Origin: Bacilli bacterium
Lineage (GTDB): Bacteria > Bacillota_I > Bacilli_A > RF39 > UBA660
Length of the DNA stretch: 64,000 bases
Direction: 5' to 3'
Assembly: GCA_031549195.1 (NCBI GenBank)
Contig: JAVBQF010000005.1
Location: 13,462-77,461 of the forward strand
Both the position numbers and the translations under genes were made by a program. Below the pieces are notes generated by a model. That model worked only from the letters and a program-made list of their open reading frames with translations. It ran no database searches and had not been told where the DNA came from. Position 1 is the stretch's first letter; every line of letters begins with the position of its first letter. Positions 29,033 to 39,659 of the stretch are shown here, piece by piece.

Positions 29033-29875
29033 ATGAAAAAAATAATAATATTTTCCTTTATTTTACTGTTTATATGTACTGGATGTACTTCAAAGATGCA
29101 TAAAGTTAATACTGATAATAAAAAGAAGACATTAAAAGATAAATTATCTGAACTTGATAATATTAATGAACAACTAGATTTCTTTAAATCAGATTATATT
29201 GATAGATATATAAAATATAAAAATAGTAATTCATCATTATCATTAGAAGAAGTAATAGTACATGTCAACATTGGTCTTGATAATGATTTCTATACCAATT
29301 TAAAAAGTAGCACTAATTTAAATACTGCTTATATGATTGTAAACAAATATAATAATTTAGACAAAGACTATATTCCTATAGATTTAGAGTCAATTAACAG
29401 TAATTATTCTATTGGTGATAAAAAATTAATACATATTGCAAAAGTTGCTTTTGAAGAATTAGCAAGTTCTGCCAAAATGGAAGGCTTTATCATTAAAGCA
29501 ATGTCTACCTATAGAAGTTATTATACCCAAAATTACCTATATAGCAATTATGTAAACACAGACGGCAAAAAAATAGCTGATAAATACTCTGCAAGACCAG
29601 GATTCTCAGAACATCAAACAGGACTCGCAGTTGATGTACAAAACAACACAACAACTTATACTAATTTTGGGAGTACTAAAGAATTTACTTGGATGAAAGA
29701 AAATGCGTATAAATATGGATTTATTATGCGATATACTGAGGAATATCAATCTATTACAGGATACATGAATGAGCCATGGCATTATCGTTATGTTGGAGTC
29801 AATATAGCAACATACATTTATAATAATCCAATGACATATGAAGAATATTATGTTAGATTTATTGAAAAAAAATAG
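29033..29875 (+). CDS. VanY-like D-Ala-D-Ala carboxypeptidase (peptidase M15B) lipoprotein
   Basis: Lipobox LLFICTGC; M15 zinc motifs SEHQTGLAVD and NEPWHYRYVG. Confidence 0.75.
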   Translation: MKKIIIFSFILLFICTGCTSKMHKVNTDNKKKTLKDKLSELDNINEQLDFFKSDYIDRYIKYKNSNSSLSLEEVIVHVNIGLDNDFYTNLKSSTNLNTAYMIVNKYNNLDKDYIPIDLESINSNYSIGDKKLIHIAKVAFEELASSAKMEGFIIKAMSTYRSYYTQNYLYSNYVNTDGKKIADKYSARPGFSEHQTGLAVDVQNNTTTYTNFGSTKEFTWMKENAYKYGFIMRYTEEYQSITGYMNEPWHYRYVGVNIATYIYNNPMTYEEYYVRFIEKK

Positions 29876-29898
29876 AATAGTTCAACCATTCTACTTTT

Positions 29899-31128
29899 TT
29901 ATTCTACAGTAAATAATTCGTTAAAATCAACTTCGCTATCAAAGTCCTCTTTTACATAAAGCCTCGCAATAACCTCATCTTGTTCTATCATATCACCAAT
30001 GCCTTTGCTAAAAATTACTCCAACGCCATAATCAATGTTATCTTCCTTATTTATTCTTCCAGCACCTAGTCTACAAGATAATTCGCCAATGCCAAGTGCA
30101 TCAATACTTTTTATAATTCCACTTTTTTGTGACCTTACTTCAACTGAATGAGTACTTAATTTAACACCCTTGATATCACCATTTTGATATTTAACAAATT
30201 CTAAAAATTTATCATATGCCTTACCTGATGCAAGTAGTTCTTTAGCTAAAGTCTCTGCTTCTAAATAGCTAATATTTCTTCCCATGCTTATCATATTAGC
30301 AGCAATATCTATAGAAACATCCAATAAACTGTTTTTTATTTTTCCTCTTAAAACCTGCATTGCTTCAATTACTTCTAAAGCATTACCAATACAAAATCCT
30401 AACGGATTATCCATATCATTTATAAGACATCTTACTTCTCTACCATATTTATTGCCAATTCTAATCATCAAATCCTTTAATTCTTCTGCTTCCTCATAAG
30501 ATTTTAATAATGCACCGTTTCCTACTTTAATATCAATTAATATTTTATCAGCACCACTTGCTATTTTCTTACTCATTACGCTTACTGCAATTAGATGAAG
30601 CGACGATACTGTTCCGGTTGTATCACGAAGAGCGTATATGACTTTGTCCAAAGGAGTTAAGTCTTCTGTTTGACTAGTTATTGCCATTCCTACTTCTTGT
30701 AGTTCTGTAATAAACTCCTCCTTAGTTAAATTAACATTAAATCCTGGAATGCTTTCCAACTTATCAATAGTACCACCAGTATGCCCTAATCCTCTACCAC
30801 TCATCTTAGGAACAACTACTCCTGATGCTGCAACGATAGGCGCAACTATCAATGTGGTCTTATCACCAACTCCGCCAGTTGAATGTTTATCAACCTTAAT
30901 GCCATTAATATCGCTTAAATCTAATATTTCACCACTGCTTATAAATATATCAACTAAATCAAACACTTCGTCATCAGTCATACCATTAATACATATCGCC
31001 ATAAGAAGTGCTGACATCTGATAGTCTTTTATTTTCCCATCTAAATATCCACCAAATGAGTAACTAAGTTCATCCCTTGTTAATTCTTCACCAAATCTTT
31101 TTTTATTTAGTATTTCTAGAATATTCAT
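29899..31128 (-). CDS. pdp: Pyrimidine-nucleoside (thymidine) phosphorylase
   Basis: KHSTGGVGDKTTLIVAPIVAA...GRGLGHTGGTIDKLESIPGF glycosyltransferase family 3 motifs. Confidence 0.9.
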   Translation of the reverse strand: MNILEILNKKRFGEELTRDELSYSFGGYLDGKIKDYQMSALLMAICINGMTDDEVFDLVDIFISSGEILDLSDINGIKVDKHSTGGVGDKTTLIVAPIVAASGVVVPKMSGRGLGHTGGTIDKLESIPGFNVNLTKEEFITELQEVGMAITSQTEDLTPLDKVIYALRDTTGTVSSLHLIAVSVMSKKIASGADKILIDIKVGNGALLKSYEEAEELKDLMIRIGNKYGREVRCLINDMDNPLGFCIGNALEVIEAMQVLRGKIKNSLLDVSIDIAANMISMGRNISYLEAETLAKELLASGKAYDKFLEFVKYQNGDIKGVKLSTHSVEVRSQKSGIIKSIDALGIGELSCRLGAGRINKEDNIDYGVGVIFSKGIGDMIEQDEVIARLYVKEDFDSEVDFNELFTVE

Positions 31129-31306
31129 AAAATCACCTACTATATATTTAGTATAACAAATATAATAAAAATTTGTAGAAAATTTATATAAATAATGTAA
31201 AGTAAGACAAAAAGAGAGATCCCTTTAATACTAAAAAATAGCATGAAAGCACAATGTAAAATAAAAAATGCAGAAAAATTCTACATTTATTTTATAACAA
31301 ATACTT

Positions 31307-32422
31307 TTAGGCTGCTTTTACTAGTCCTTTTCCCTTATTAGGAACGAAATCTGTAAAAGTTATTTCTGGATGATTTGGAAGACCAAACAATCTATTTACT
31401 CCCCTTGAAATAATTAGTGGAGAACCACCATGATTTTGTGGATTATAATGTATTTTCAAGCTATGATTTTGGTTTCCAAAGTTCTCTTCGTTAAAATCAC
31501 TACTTTTTATTGGATCAGCATACTCAGCAGATGTTCTACCTTCTTCTCCAATCATATGCATACCACGACAAAGATCAATTCTCTCATATCCTGGTAATTT
31601 TATCCTTACTTTCCCTTTTTCATCACTTATAACCGGAGAATAATTTTTAATCTTTGAAAACATTTCCCAATATCCAAAATCTTCTTCTCTTAGTTTATGC
31701 TTTGCCTCTTTCTTTAATGAATAATATCCATTATGCAAATGTCCTGCATAGCTACAATCAAACTCGCGAATTCCTGTAGCATAACGCCCAACGTATGGGT
31801 TAGCAACTGGATGTGGTGGATGAACCGCTAATAACTCTAATGATTTTGAATCAGTAGAAACTCTTAAGTTTGCTTTCTTCCAATCTATTACAAAATTTTC
31901 AGCACCTTTTCCACTTTCGTGATTACCTGGTTTATATGCAGCTCTTTCTGGAGAAAACCCTGTTATACGCACACCGTCAAACTCCATACTTTTATTATCA
32001 AGTGCGTAAACGTTCTTAATATTACTAAGTTTTCTAAAATTTTCTCTGCCGTATTCACTCATTCCAACTAAATCATGGTTACCAAGTGTAATTACGACTG
32101 GAGCAACTGTACCCAACTTGTCTAGAAAAGAACTTAGCTTTTCATATGAAGTTTCTACCTTTTTTCCAGTAAAAAAACTCTTAACTCTTGAAACAATCGA
32201 TGGTTTATTGTCATACTTTGCTCCTTGCATAGTATCACCAACAATTAAAATATAATCTGGATTAAGTTTTTTAACTGAATCTATTATATCTTGCGCATTT
32301 TCATCATTTGAAAATATATCGTGAAAATCTGTTAAAGATGCAACTCTTACTTTCTTTTCAATTTTATCACTTGGTATAGTATAGCCTGTGATAACTGGCT
32401 CTAATTGTTTCATAATATTCAC
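31307..32422 (-). CDS. Calcineurin-like metallophosphoesterase
   Basis: ILIVGDTMQG and ITLGNHD metal-binding motifs. Confidence 0.7.
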   Translation of the reverse strand: MNIMKQLEPVITGYTIPSDKIEKKVRVASLTDFHDIFSNDENAQDIIDSVKKLNPDYILIVGDTMQGAKYDNKPSIVSRVKSFFTGKKVETSYEKLSSFLDKLGTVAPVVITLGNHDLVGMSEYGRENFRKLSNIKNVYALDNKSMEFDGVRITGFSPERAAYKPGNHESGKGAENFVIDWKKANLRVSTDSKSLELLAVHPPHPVANPYVGRYATGIREFDCSYAGHLHNGYYSLKKEAKHKLREEDFGYWEMFSKIKNYSPVISDEKGKVRIKLPGYERIDLCRGMHMIGEEGRTSAEYADPIKSSDFNEENFGNQNHSLKIHYNPQNHGGSPLIISRGVNRLFGLPNHPEITFTDFVPNKGKGLVKAA

Positions 32423-32520
32423 CCCTTAATTCTTACAAAACATTATATAAATTTATGTGTGAATTATATCACAATTTGTCGCTTTCGTCAACTTTTTAAA
32501 ATAAAAAAGGACCATAGTCC

Positions 32521-32877
32521 CTATCTTAGCTTTTTTTCGATTAATTCAATTGCTCGCTTTGGATCATCAATTATTTTTTCATATAGTTCTATATGCTTTC
32601 TTAATTCTTTTATTAATTCTATTTCATTATTAGCCATTTTAATTACATAAGCTACATCAGAATCAGATACAACATAAGAATCATTGCCAATTAAATAATC
32701 TAGTTGGACATTAAATAAGTTTGCAATATCTAGAAGTGTTTCAAGAGATGGAGTTCTTGTTCCATTTTCATAACAACAAACGCTAACTTTAGTAACATTT
32801 ATTTTGTTTCCTAATTCTTGCTGAGTTAATCCTAGTTTTTTTCTTAACTCTTTAAGCCTTTTTCCAAACAATATCAT
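32521..32877 (-). CDS. XRE-family HTH transcriptional regulator
   Basis: LRKKLGLTQQELGNKINVTKVSVCCYENGTRTPSLETLLDIANLF HTH_3 pattern. Confidence 0.75.
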   Translation of the reverse strand: MILFGKRLKELRKKLGLTQQELGNKINVTKVSVCCYENGTRTPSLETLLDIANLFNVQLDYLIGNDSYVVSDSDVAYVIKMANNEIELIKELRKHIELYEKIIDDPKRAIELIEKKLR

Positions 32878-32952
32878 TTTAACCTCCTAAAACACTTCCA
32901 TTATAATTAAATAGCTCAATTAAATGTTTAAAGTTAACTAAAAAGAAACCTA

Positions 32953-33283
32953 TTATTCTTCTTTATTTGATGATAGGAAAGTTACTTTCTCTGCTACTAC
33001 ATCTGTATAATACTTTTTAGTGCCATCACTTTGTTCAACAGTCCTACTTTGTATTCTACCCTTAACCCCTAAAATATTACCAATTTTACAATATTCAGCA
33101 GTATTTTTTGCAACAGCATCCCATAAGATACAATTAATAAAGTCTGTCTCATACTCTCCATTAGAATTTTTAAAACTTCTAGGAACAGCAAGTGTAATAT
33201 TTGATATTTGTTTACCATTATCAAGCTTGTTTAATTCTGGATCTCTAACTAGTCTTCCTACTAGTACTATTTGGTTTAAAATA
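32953..33283 (-). CDS. ssb: Single-stranded DNA-binding protein, short SsbB-like form lacking acidic C-terminal tail; non-ATG (ATT?) start
   Basis: Minus-strand translation (I)LNQIVLVGRLVRDPELNKLDNGKQISNITLAVPRSFKNSNGEYETDFINCILWDAVAKNTAEYCKIGNILGVKGRIQSRTVEQSDGTKKYYTDVVAEKVTFL matches the SSB OB-fold nearly position by position (cf. MLNRVVLVGRL...ADFINCVTW...GVDGRLQTR); RBS AAAGGAGG present but no ATG/GTG/TTG in frame. Absent from ORF track. Confidence 0.55.
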
Positions 33284-33446
33284 ATAATTCCTCCTTTCTT
33301 GAAAAGTACTTTAACACTATAAAAATACTAATGCAAAAGGCTAAATAACAATTTGTTTTAAAGGCAAAAAAAGAAAACTTATTTTTCTTATAATGAATTT
33401 AAGTTTTCTTTAAATTTATCTAATTAATTATCAAAAAGTATACTTT

Positions 33447-34754
33447 TTACAAATTTTTTTTAAGCAATTGATTAAGTTCTACTGCATATTCCATAGGTAA
33501 CTCTTCTCTGAATTTTTCAATGAAGCCTAAAACTATTAACTCTGTAGCTTTCTCTTCTGTTAATCCTCTTGACATCATATAGAATAAATTCTCATCGCTT
33601 ACTCTAGATACAGTGGCTTCGTGTTCAATATTGCTTGATTTATTTCTACATACATTAGTTGGAATAGCATCACTCTTTGAGTTCTTATCAAGTAGCAAAG
33701 TATCACATTTAATAATTGCCTTACTATTAGTAGCATTTTCCTTTATATCAACTTTACCTCTATATGTAGCATTACCACCTGATCTCGCAATACTTTTTGA
33801 TATTATATTGCTCTTTGTATTTTTACCTAAATGAATCATTCTAGCACCACTATCCTGTTGCTGATTAGTTGACGCAACACTGATAGTAACACAAGTACCT
33901 GACGAATTATCGCCTTTTAATACACAACAAGGATACTTCATTGTAACTCTACTTCCTATGTTACCATCAATCCATTCCATGGTACCATCTTCCTCAACTA
34001 ATGCTCTCTTCGTAACCAAATTAAGTACATTATGTGCCCAATTTTGAATAGTCGTGTACCTACACTTACTTCTTTTCCCTACATATATTTCAACAACAGC
34101 TGCATGTAGTGAGGAATCCGTATATGTTGGTGCTGTACACCCTTCGACATAATGAAGTTCACTATCATCATCAACAATAATTAGAGTTCTTTCAAATTGA
34201 CCCATACTTTTACTATTAATTCTAAAATAACTCTGAAGTGGTCTATCCAACTTTGTATGAGGGGGAATATAAATAAAACTCCCCCCTGAGAACACACTAC
34301 TGTTAAGTGCAGCAAATTTATTTTCACCATTCTTAACAATTGTTCCAAAATACTTTTTCACTATTTCTGGATGCCTTTTCATGGCTTCTTCAATTGATGT
34401 AAATATAACATTCTTAGATTCTAATTCTTCAATCATATTATGGTATATTACTTCACTTTCATACTGTACTCCTATACCATCTAGATGTTGTTCACTTTCA
34501 ATTACACCAAGTGAACCTAATTCTGTAGCAATTGCACAGTCAACTTTTTTCCAATCTTTTTTTATACCATTATCATTACTTTTATAATAAATTATCTTAT
34601 TAAAATCAAGCTCGTAAGTAGGACCAAAATTAGGAAATGATAGCTTATTAAATAATTCAAAACTACTTAAACGATAATTAAGTATCCAGTCTTCTTCATT
34701 TTTTATGGAAGAGATGTTTCTAATGCCCTCTTCTGTTAATCCTGTTATCTCCAT
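33447..34754 (-). CDS. sufB: Fe-S cluster assembly protein SufB
   Basis: 435 aa SufB/SufD beta-helix family, last gene of suf operon. Confidence 0.85.
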   Translation of the reverse strand: MEITGLTEEGIRNISSIKNEEDWILNYRLSSFELFNKLSFPNFGPTYELDFNKIIYYKSNDNGIKKDWKKVDCAIATELGSLGVIESEQHLDGIGVQYESEVIYHNMIEELESKNVIFTSIEEAMKRHPEIVKKYFGTIVKNGENKFAALNSSVFSGGSFIYIPPHTKLDRPLQSYFRINSKSMGQFERTLIIVDDDSELHYVEGCTAPTYTDSSLHAAVVEIYVGKRSKCRYTTIQNWAHNVLNLVTKRALVEEDGTMEWIDGNIGSRVTMKYPCCVLKGDNSSGTCVTISVASTNQQQDSGARMIHLGKNTKSNIISKSIARSGGNATYRGKVDIKENATNSKAIIKCDTLLLDKNSKSDAIPTNVCRNKSSNIEHEATVSRVSDENLFYMMSRGLTEEKATELIVLGFIEKFREELPMEYAVELNQLLKKNL

Positions 34755-34774
34755 AATTCCTCCTACTTATACTC

Positions 34775-35197
34775 TTATTTTGTATTATCCATTATCTTCT
34801 TCATTGACTCAAACGGAAGTAATGCACACCTTTTTCTACTTGGTTGCTTATAAACTTCATCGTAAATATTTAATTCTGCTAACATATCACCATCATATGG
34901 TAATTCGTTGATCATTCTCTCATAATTATCAATTACAACTTTAGCTTCTTCTAGAGTTTTTCCAACTAATGTCTTAATCATTACCGATGTTGCTGAGGTA
35001 CATATTGCACAAGCCTCTCCATCAAATCTTAAATCAACTATTTTACTATCTACCACTTTAGCCATAACATCAATATTATCAACACAAGAAGAATTCCTTG
35101 TATTAATTTTTATATAACTAGCATCTTCTATCAAACCTCTATTTTGAGGATTTTGATAATTGTCAAGTATGATATCTCTTTTTAATTTACTATCCAT
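34775..35197 (-). CDS. sufU: Fe-S cluster scaffold SufU (IscU/NifU-like); start at internal Met MDSK
   Basis: Three conserved Cys (CVDNI...DGEACAICTS...CALLP). Confidence 0.85.
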   Translation of the reverse strand: MDSKLKRDIILDNYQNPQNRGLIEDASYIKINTRNSSCVDNIDVMAKVVDSKIVDLRFDGEACAICTSATSVMIKTLVGKTLEEAKVVIDNYERMINELPYDGDMLAELNIYDEVYKQPSRKRCALLPFESMKKIMDNTK

Positions 35198-35219
35198 AGC
35201 GCACCTTTTCTCCTTCTTT

Positions 35220-36416
35220 TTATACAACAGTATCAAGTATTTTATCTTGATCCTTTAATACTTCTATTAATTTATCTATTTCTTCTCTTGTATTATATAA
35301 ATAGAAACTTATTCTACAAGTATTTGTAGACTTAATAACATCTTTCAATATTTTTGCACAATGATTACCTGCCCTTACACATATTTTAAAACAATTCAAA
35401 TATATTGCGACATCTTGACTAAAATATTCACCTACATTAAATATTAAAGACCCCGATTCCAAATTGTTATTATAGATTCTTATATTTGGCACTTCTTTCA
35501 ATCTGTCTAATAAATATTTTTTCAGTTCTAATTCATGCTTATGTATTTGATCTAGTCCAACGCTAGTTAAATAATCTATTGCTGCACCCATTCCAATGAC
35601 TCCAGCAATATTGCTCGTACCTGCCTCTAATCTCTCAGGTAATGGTTTAAGTTCAATTTCCCCATCACTTTCAAAGAAAGCATTCATTCCACCACCATAT
35701 TCAGTAGGAATTAAATTATGTAAATACTTATATTTCCCATATAGCACACCTACACCAGTTGGGCCTAACATCTTATGAGCCGAAAAGCCAAGAAAATCTA
35801 TATTGCTTGTTTCAACATCAATCTTCATATGACCAATGCTCTGTGTTGCATCAACAACAAATATAATACCTCTTTCCTTACATAGTCTACCAATAGCATC
35901 TACTGGCCTTACATCACCTATTGCATTTGTTATGTGTGCAATCGATATAACTTTTGTATTATTCGTTATTACTTTCATTAAGTTATCCATTGTAACTTCA
36001 TGATGTTCATCCAACTCAACATATTTAATAGTAAAGCCAATTTTTTTTGAGAGCATCATCCAAGGTAGTATATTAGAGGCATGTTCTGCTTTAGTTAAAA
36101 TTACCTCATCACTATCTTGTAGATAGATAGACATAAAGCCAAATACTATCATATTAAATGCCTCAGTTGATCCCTTAGTAAATATAATTTCTTCTACCAC
36201 TTTAGCATTTATTAAATCTTTAACTTTCTCTCTTACACCCTCATATCTTTTATCTACTTCTAAACTATTATCATAATCCCCTCTATGAGCATTTGCTGTA
36301 TATTTAGTATAATATTCTACAGTAGCATCAACAACGCTTTTGGGTTTCATCGTAGTTGCTGCATTATCAAAATAAATTAAGCCATCTTCAAAAATTGGAA
36401 AATCCTCACGATTCAT
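35220..36416 (-). CDS. sufS: Cysteine desulfurase SufS (class V aminotransferase)
   Basis: PLP-lysine region FLGFSAHKMLGPTGVGVLYG; catalytic-Cys loop RAGNHCA. Confidence 0.9.
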   Translation of the reverse strand: MNREDFPIFEDGLIYFDNAATTMKPKSVVDATVEYYTKYTANAHRGDYDNSLEVDKRYEGVREKVKDLINAKVVEEIIFTKGSTEAFNMIVFGFMSIYLQDSDEVILTKAEHASNILPWMMLSKKIGFTIKYVELDEHHEVTMDNLMKVITNNTKVISIAHITNAIGDVRPVDAIGRLCKERGIIFVVDATQSIGHMKIDVETSNIDFLGFSAHKMLGPTGVGVLYGKYKYLHNLIPTEYGGGMNAFFESDGEIELKPLPERLEAGTSNIAGVIGMGAAIDYLTSVGLDQIHKHELELKKYLLDRLKEVPNIRIYNNNLESGSLIFNVGEYFSQDVAIYLNCFKICVRAGNHCAKILKDVIKSTNTCRISFYLYNTREEIDKLIEVLKDQDKILDTVV

Positions 36417-36429
36417 AGTTCACCTCCAA

Positions 36430-37152
36430 TCAAATATTATCTATAATTTTTAAAGCTTCTTCCAACTCTTCTTCATTAAGAGCCATATTAGATAACATAA
36501 ATCCTTTTATTAACAAATAATTACAATCTTTGTCACTTAACCCTCTTGTTTTTAAATAAAATAGTAATTCGTCATTAAAACTTCCTCTATATGCCCCATG
36601 ATTTGCTACAACATCATTATTATCCACAATTAAATTAGGATGAATGAAGCTTTCACCATTATCTAAATTAATTATTTTGTTATCTTGTTTTAAATTACTT
36701 CCAATGCTATCTTTATCAATATTACCATTAATTACAAAACTCAATTTCTTGTCATTTGCATTTATTCCATGATTAATTACTGTACTTGTACTACCACTCC
36801 CATAATGATAAATATTTTGAACATATTCATTATCCTTATAACTAACTAAACTAGTAATATAAGTAATAGAAGCATTATTACCACTTATCTTAATATTAGT
36901 TACATCATTACAATCTACACATATTTTATTAACTATTACATTAGCACCATCTCTTAAATTATAAGTAATATTATTAGTAGTATTGTTATTTATTTCAAAT
37001 ACCATTAGATTTTGATTTTCCATAACATCTATATTGATAATAGAACCTATATCATTAAGATTTATTTTTATATACATATCTTCTGTTACAATGATATCAC
37101 TAATGTCATCTTTGTTATCTACTATTAATGTATTCATAAAATTAATTCTCAC
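36430..37152 (-). CDS. sufD: Fe-S cluster assembly protein SufD (short form)
   Basis: 240-aa Asn/Ile-rich beta-helix repeat protein between sufC and sufS. Confidence 0.65.
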   Translation of the reverse strand: MRINFMNTLIVDNKDDISDIIVTEDMYIKINLNDIGSIINIDVMENQNLMVFEINNNTTNNITYNLRDGANVIVNKICVDCNDVTNIKISGNNASITYITSLVSYKDNEYVQNIYHYGSGSTSTVINHGINANDKKLSFVINGNIDKDSIGSNLKQDNKIINLDNGESFIHPNLIVDNNDVVANHGAYRGSFNDELLFYLKTRGLSDKDCNYLLIKGFMLSNMALNEEELEEALKIIDNI

Positions 37153-37897
37153 TTATACCATTTAACTCAGCATAACCATTTTTTTCTATCTCAAAGGCAA
37201 AATTTTTGTCTCCAGTTTTAACTATTCTGCCTCCAACCATCATGTGTACATAGTCTGGTGTAATATATTCAAAAATTCTAGTGTAGTGTGTAATCATCAG
37301 TATAGAGGTATCTTTATGAGTCTCCAAGTATTTGTTTATATTAGTGCAAACTATTCTAAGGCTGTCCACATCAAGACCAGAATCTATTTCATCTAATATA
37401 ATTAGTTTTGGTTCAAGTAGTTTAGCTTGAAGAATTTCATTTTTCTTTCTTTCTCCACCTGAAGCCCCTTCATTTATAGATCTATGAATCATATCTTTTG
37501 ACATAGAAAGCTCTGAAGCAGAAGTTTCTACTTTTTTTATAAATTCATATAATCCAATTGGAGTTTCTCTATTCGCATTAACCGCCGTTTTTAAAAACTC
37601 ACTATTACTAACACCTTCAATACTAACAGGACTCTGCATTGACAAGAATATTCCAAGTCTTGCTCTTTCATCAGTTGTCATATCATTCATTATTACACCA
37701 TTAAAAATAATATCTCCTGATACTATTTCATAGTCTTTGCTTCCTAAGATTACTTTTGAAAGAGTACTCTTACCAGTTCCATTAGGACCCATAATTCCAT
37801 GTATTTCACCGGGCTTAATATCTATATCAAAATCTTTAAGTATTTCTTTATCTTTTACTTTGACATTTAGTTTCTTTATTTCTAACATTGTTTTCAC
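37142..37897 (-). CDS. sufC: Fe-S cluster assembly ATPase SufC
   Basis: Walker A GPNGTGKST, signature EGASGGERKK, Walker B LIILDEIDSGLD. Confidence 0.9.
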   Translation of the reverse strand: MKTMLEIKKLNVKVKDKEILKDFDIDIKPGEIHGIMGPNGTGKSTLSKVILGSKDYEIVSGDIIFNGVIMNDMTTDERARLGIFLSMQSPVSIEGVSNSEFLKTAVNANRETPIGLYEFIKKVETSASELSMSKDMIHRSINEGASGGERKKNEILQAKLLEPKLIILDEIDSGLDVDSLRIVCTNINKYLETHKDTSILMITHYTRIFEYITPDYVHMMVGGRIVKTGDKNFAFEIEKNGYAELNGISEN

Positions 37898-38039
37898 CTC
37901 AATATATATAAAATATTATATCATAGTCTTTTTATATTTAGTCGAAAAAATAATTTGTTTTGTGAATAAAAAAAAGTGAATGGTAACAATATAATAGTGA
38001 TATTGCTGAATTCACCCAAGGAAATGCCAAAAGGCATTT

Positions 38040-38531
38040 TTATTTTGTAGTATTATTGCTTTGAATCTTTTGTAGTTGCGTATGATAATTATCTGTTAAT
38101 TTTTGATATCTATCTTCCATATACGATTTTGGAATACCAAATCCAACGGATTCTATTCTTTCTTTTGTTTCGCTAGACAAAGGGTTCTGATCTATATCAC
38201 ACTTATTTTCTCCGAAGCGCTGTGTTAATACCTCCTGTACAAGTTCAGGAGACATAATTGTATAGAAGTCTTGTAAAATAGAATTTGGATCTTGCTCTTG
38301 CAATCTAATAAATGCATTTGAAAGTGTGGTTTCTTTAGCTGCACTTTTGCAATAATCAAAAACTTCATAAGATGAAATAATAATTCTACTTAATATATAT
38401 TCCATTATTAGATTTTCCTCATTACCATTATAGACTTCATACATGGCAGTCCCTAAAGCTTGAAAGGACTCAGGTGCGATTCCCTGCCTTAACGTATCTC
38501 TTACATACTCTTTGAAAGTTACTTCTCTCAT
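38040..38531 (-). CDS. Hypothetical protein (163 aa)
   Basis: Clean ORF followed by hairpin terminator (AAAUGCCUUUUGGCAUUU); no motif recognised. Confidence 0.45.
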   Translation of the reverse strand: MREVTFKEYVRDTLRQGIAPESFQALGTAMYEVYNGNEENLIMEYILSRIIISSYEVFDYCKSAAKETTLSNAFIRLQEQDPNSILQDFYTIMSPELVQEVLTQRFGENKCDIDQNPLSSETKERIESVGFGIPKSYMEDRYQKLTDNYHTQLQKIQSNNTTK

Positions 38532-38550
38532 ATTTCACCTCTTACTCTGA

Positions 38551-39516
38551 TTACTCAATCATTGTATTTTTATCTTTTTCTCTTGCCTTTTTATAAATAA
38601 AGCTTCCTACAATTGCATCTTGAAACCCTAACCCAACTAAATCTGCAAGTGTAATATCTGTATCTTTTCTATTAAAATTATCTATTACTTGGCCAAGTTC
38701 AACCACTTGACTAATATCTATCAATCCTTTTTTCAATGCATGTGCTAACTCTCCATTAACACTACACATTTCCTTTGAATCAGTAACTACTATTGCGTTA
38801 CTTAATATATTCTCATCTAACTCTTGCATGTTTGGTCCACATGCACCAACTGCAGTAATATGCATCCCTTCTTTAATCCACTCACTCTTAATAATAGGGG
38901 TATCACTATACGTTGTTGTAATAATAATATCCGTATCTTTTAAAGAGTCTTCTATTGAATCATAACATTGAACTAAAAGATTTGGAAATTTTTCTCTCAT
39001 TTCACTGACATACAACAAAACATTATTTTTATTTCTTCCCCATACCTTTAACACATCAATATTCATTACTTGCATTAAGGAAGTAATTTGCATTCTTGCT
39101 TGTAATCCACTACCAATAACTGTAACTACCTTACTATTATTTCTCGCTAGTTCTTTAGTCGCAATTGCACCAGCAATACCAGTTCGATATGCAGTTAAAA
39201 ATCCTACATCATCAATAATACAAAGTGGTACCCCTGTTTGAGCACTAAATACAATAAAAAGTCCATTATCAACAGGTATATTAAGCTTCTCATTTTCCCA
39301 AAAGCCACCTGAATATTTCAAAGTAAAATAGTCATCACCAAGTATATGTCCAGCCTTAAAGTGAACATGACCTTTTGCTTTTTCAATTTGAAAATTAATA
39401 TATGGAGGAGTCAAGGTCAAATAATTAGAATACTTTTTAAAACCATCTTTTGTTAATTCTACTATTTTATGAAAATCTAATAATTTGCTTATTTCACTTT
39501 CCTTAATATAAATCAT
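38551..39516 (-). CDS. Ornithine cyclodeaminase/mu-crystallin family protein
   Basis: Rossmann VVTVIGSGLQARMQI and overall OCD-like layout. Confidence 0.7.
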   Translation of the reverse strand: MIYIKESEISKLLDFHKIVELTKDGFKKYSNYLTLTPPYINFQIEKAKGHVHFKAGHILGDDYFTLKYSGGFWENEKLNIPVDNGLFIVFSAQTGVPLCIIDDVGFLTAYRTGIAGAIATKELARNNSKVVTVIGSGLQARMQITSLMQVMNIDVLKVWGRNKNNVLLYVSEMREKFPNLLVQCYDSIEDSLKDTDIIITTTYSDTPIIKSEWIKEGMHITAVGACGPNMQELDENILSNAIVVTDSKEMCSVNGELAHALKKGLIDISQVVELGQVIDNFNRKDTDITLADLVGLGFQDAIVGSFIYKKAREKDKNTMIE

Positions 39517-39659
39517 TATATCACCATCTTAATTATACAACAAATTTATTAAAATTAATATGGTATAAAAGTGCAGTATAATATAGTAATTAAATTATTA
39601 TTATCTTGACATAGAACGATTATTGTATTAGTATAAAAAGCAATTTTTAGGAGAAGATT

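Noticed and set aside
33020-33322. Plus-strand 100-aa ORF.
   Set aside because: It is the antisense shadow of the SSB-like gene, which reads convincingly on the minus strand.
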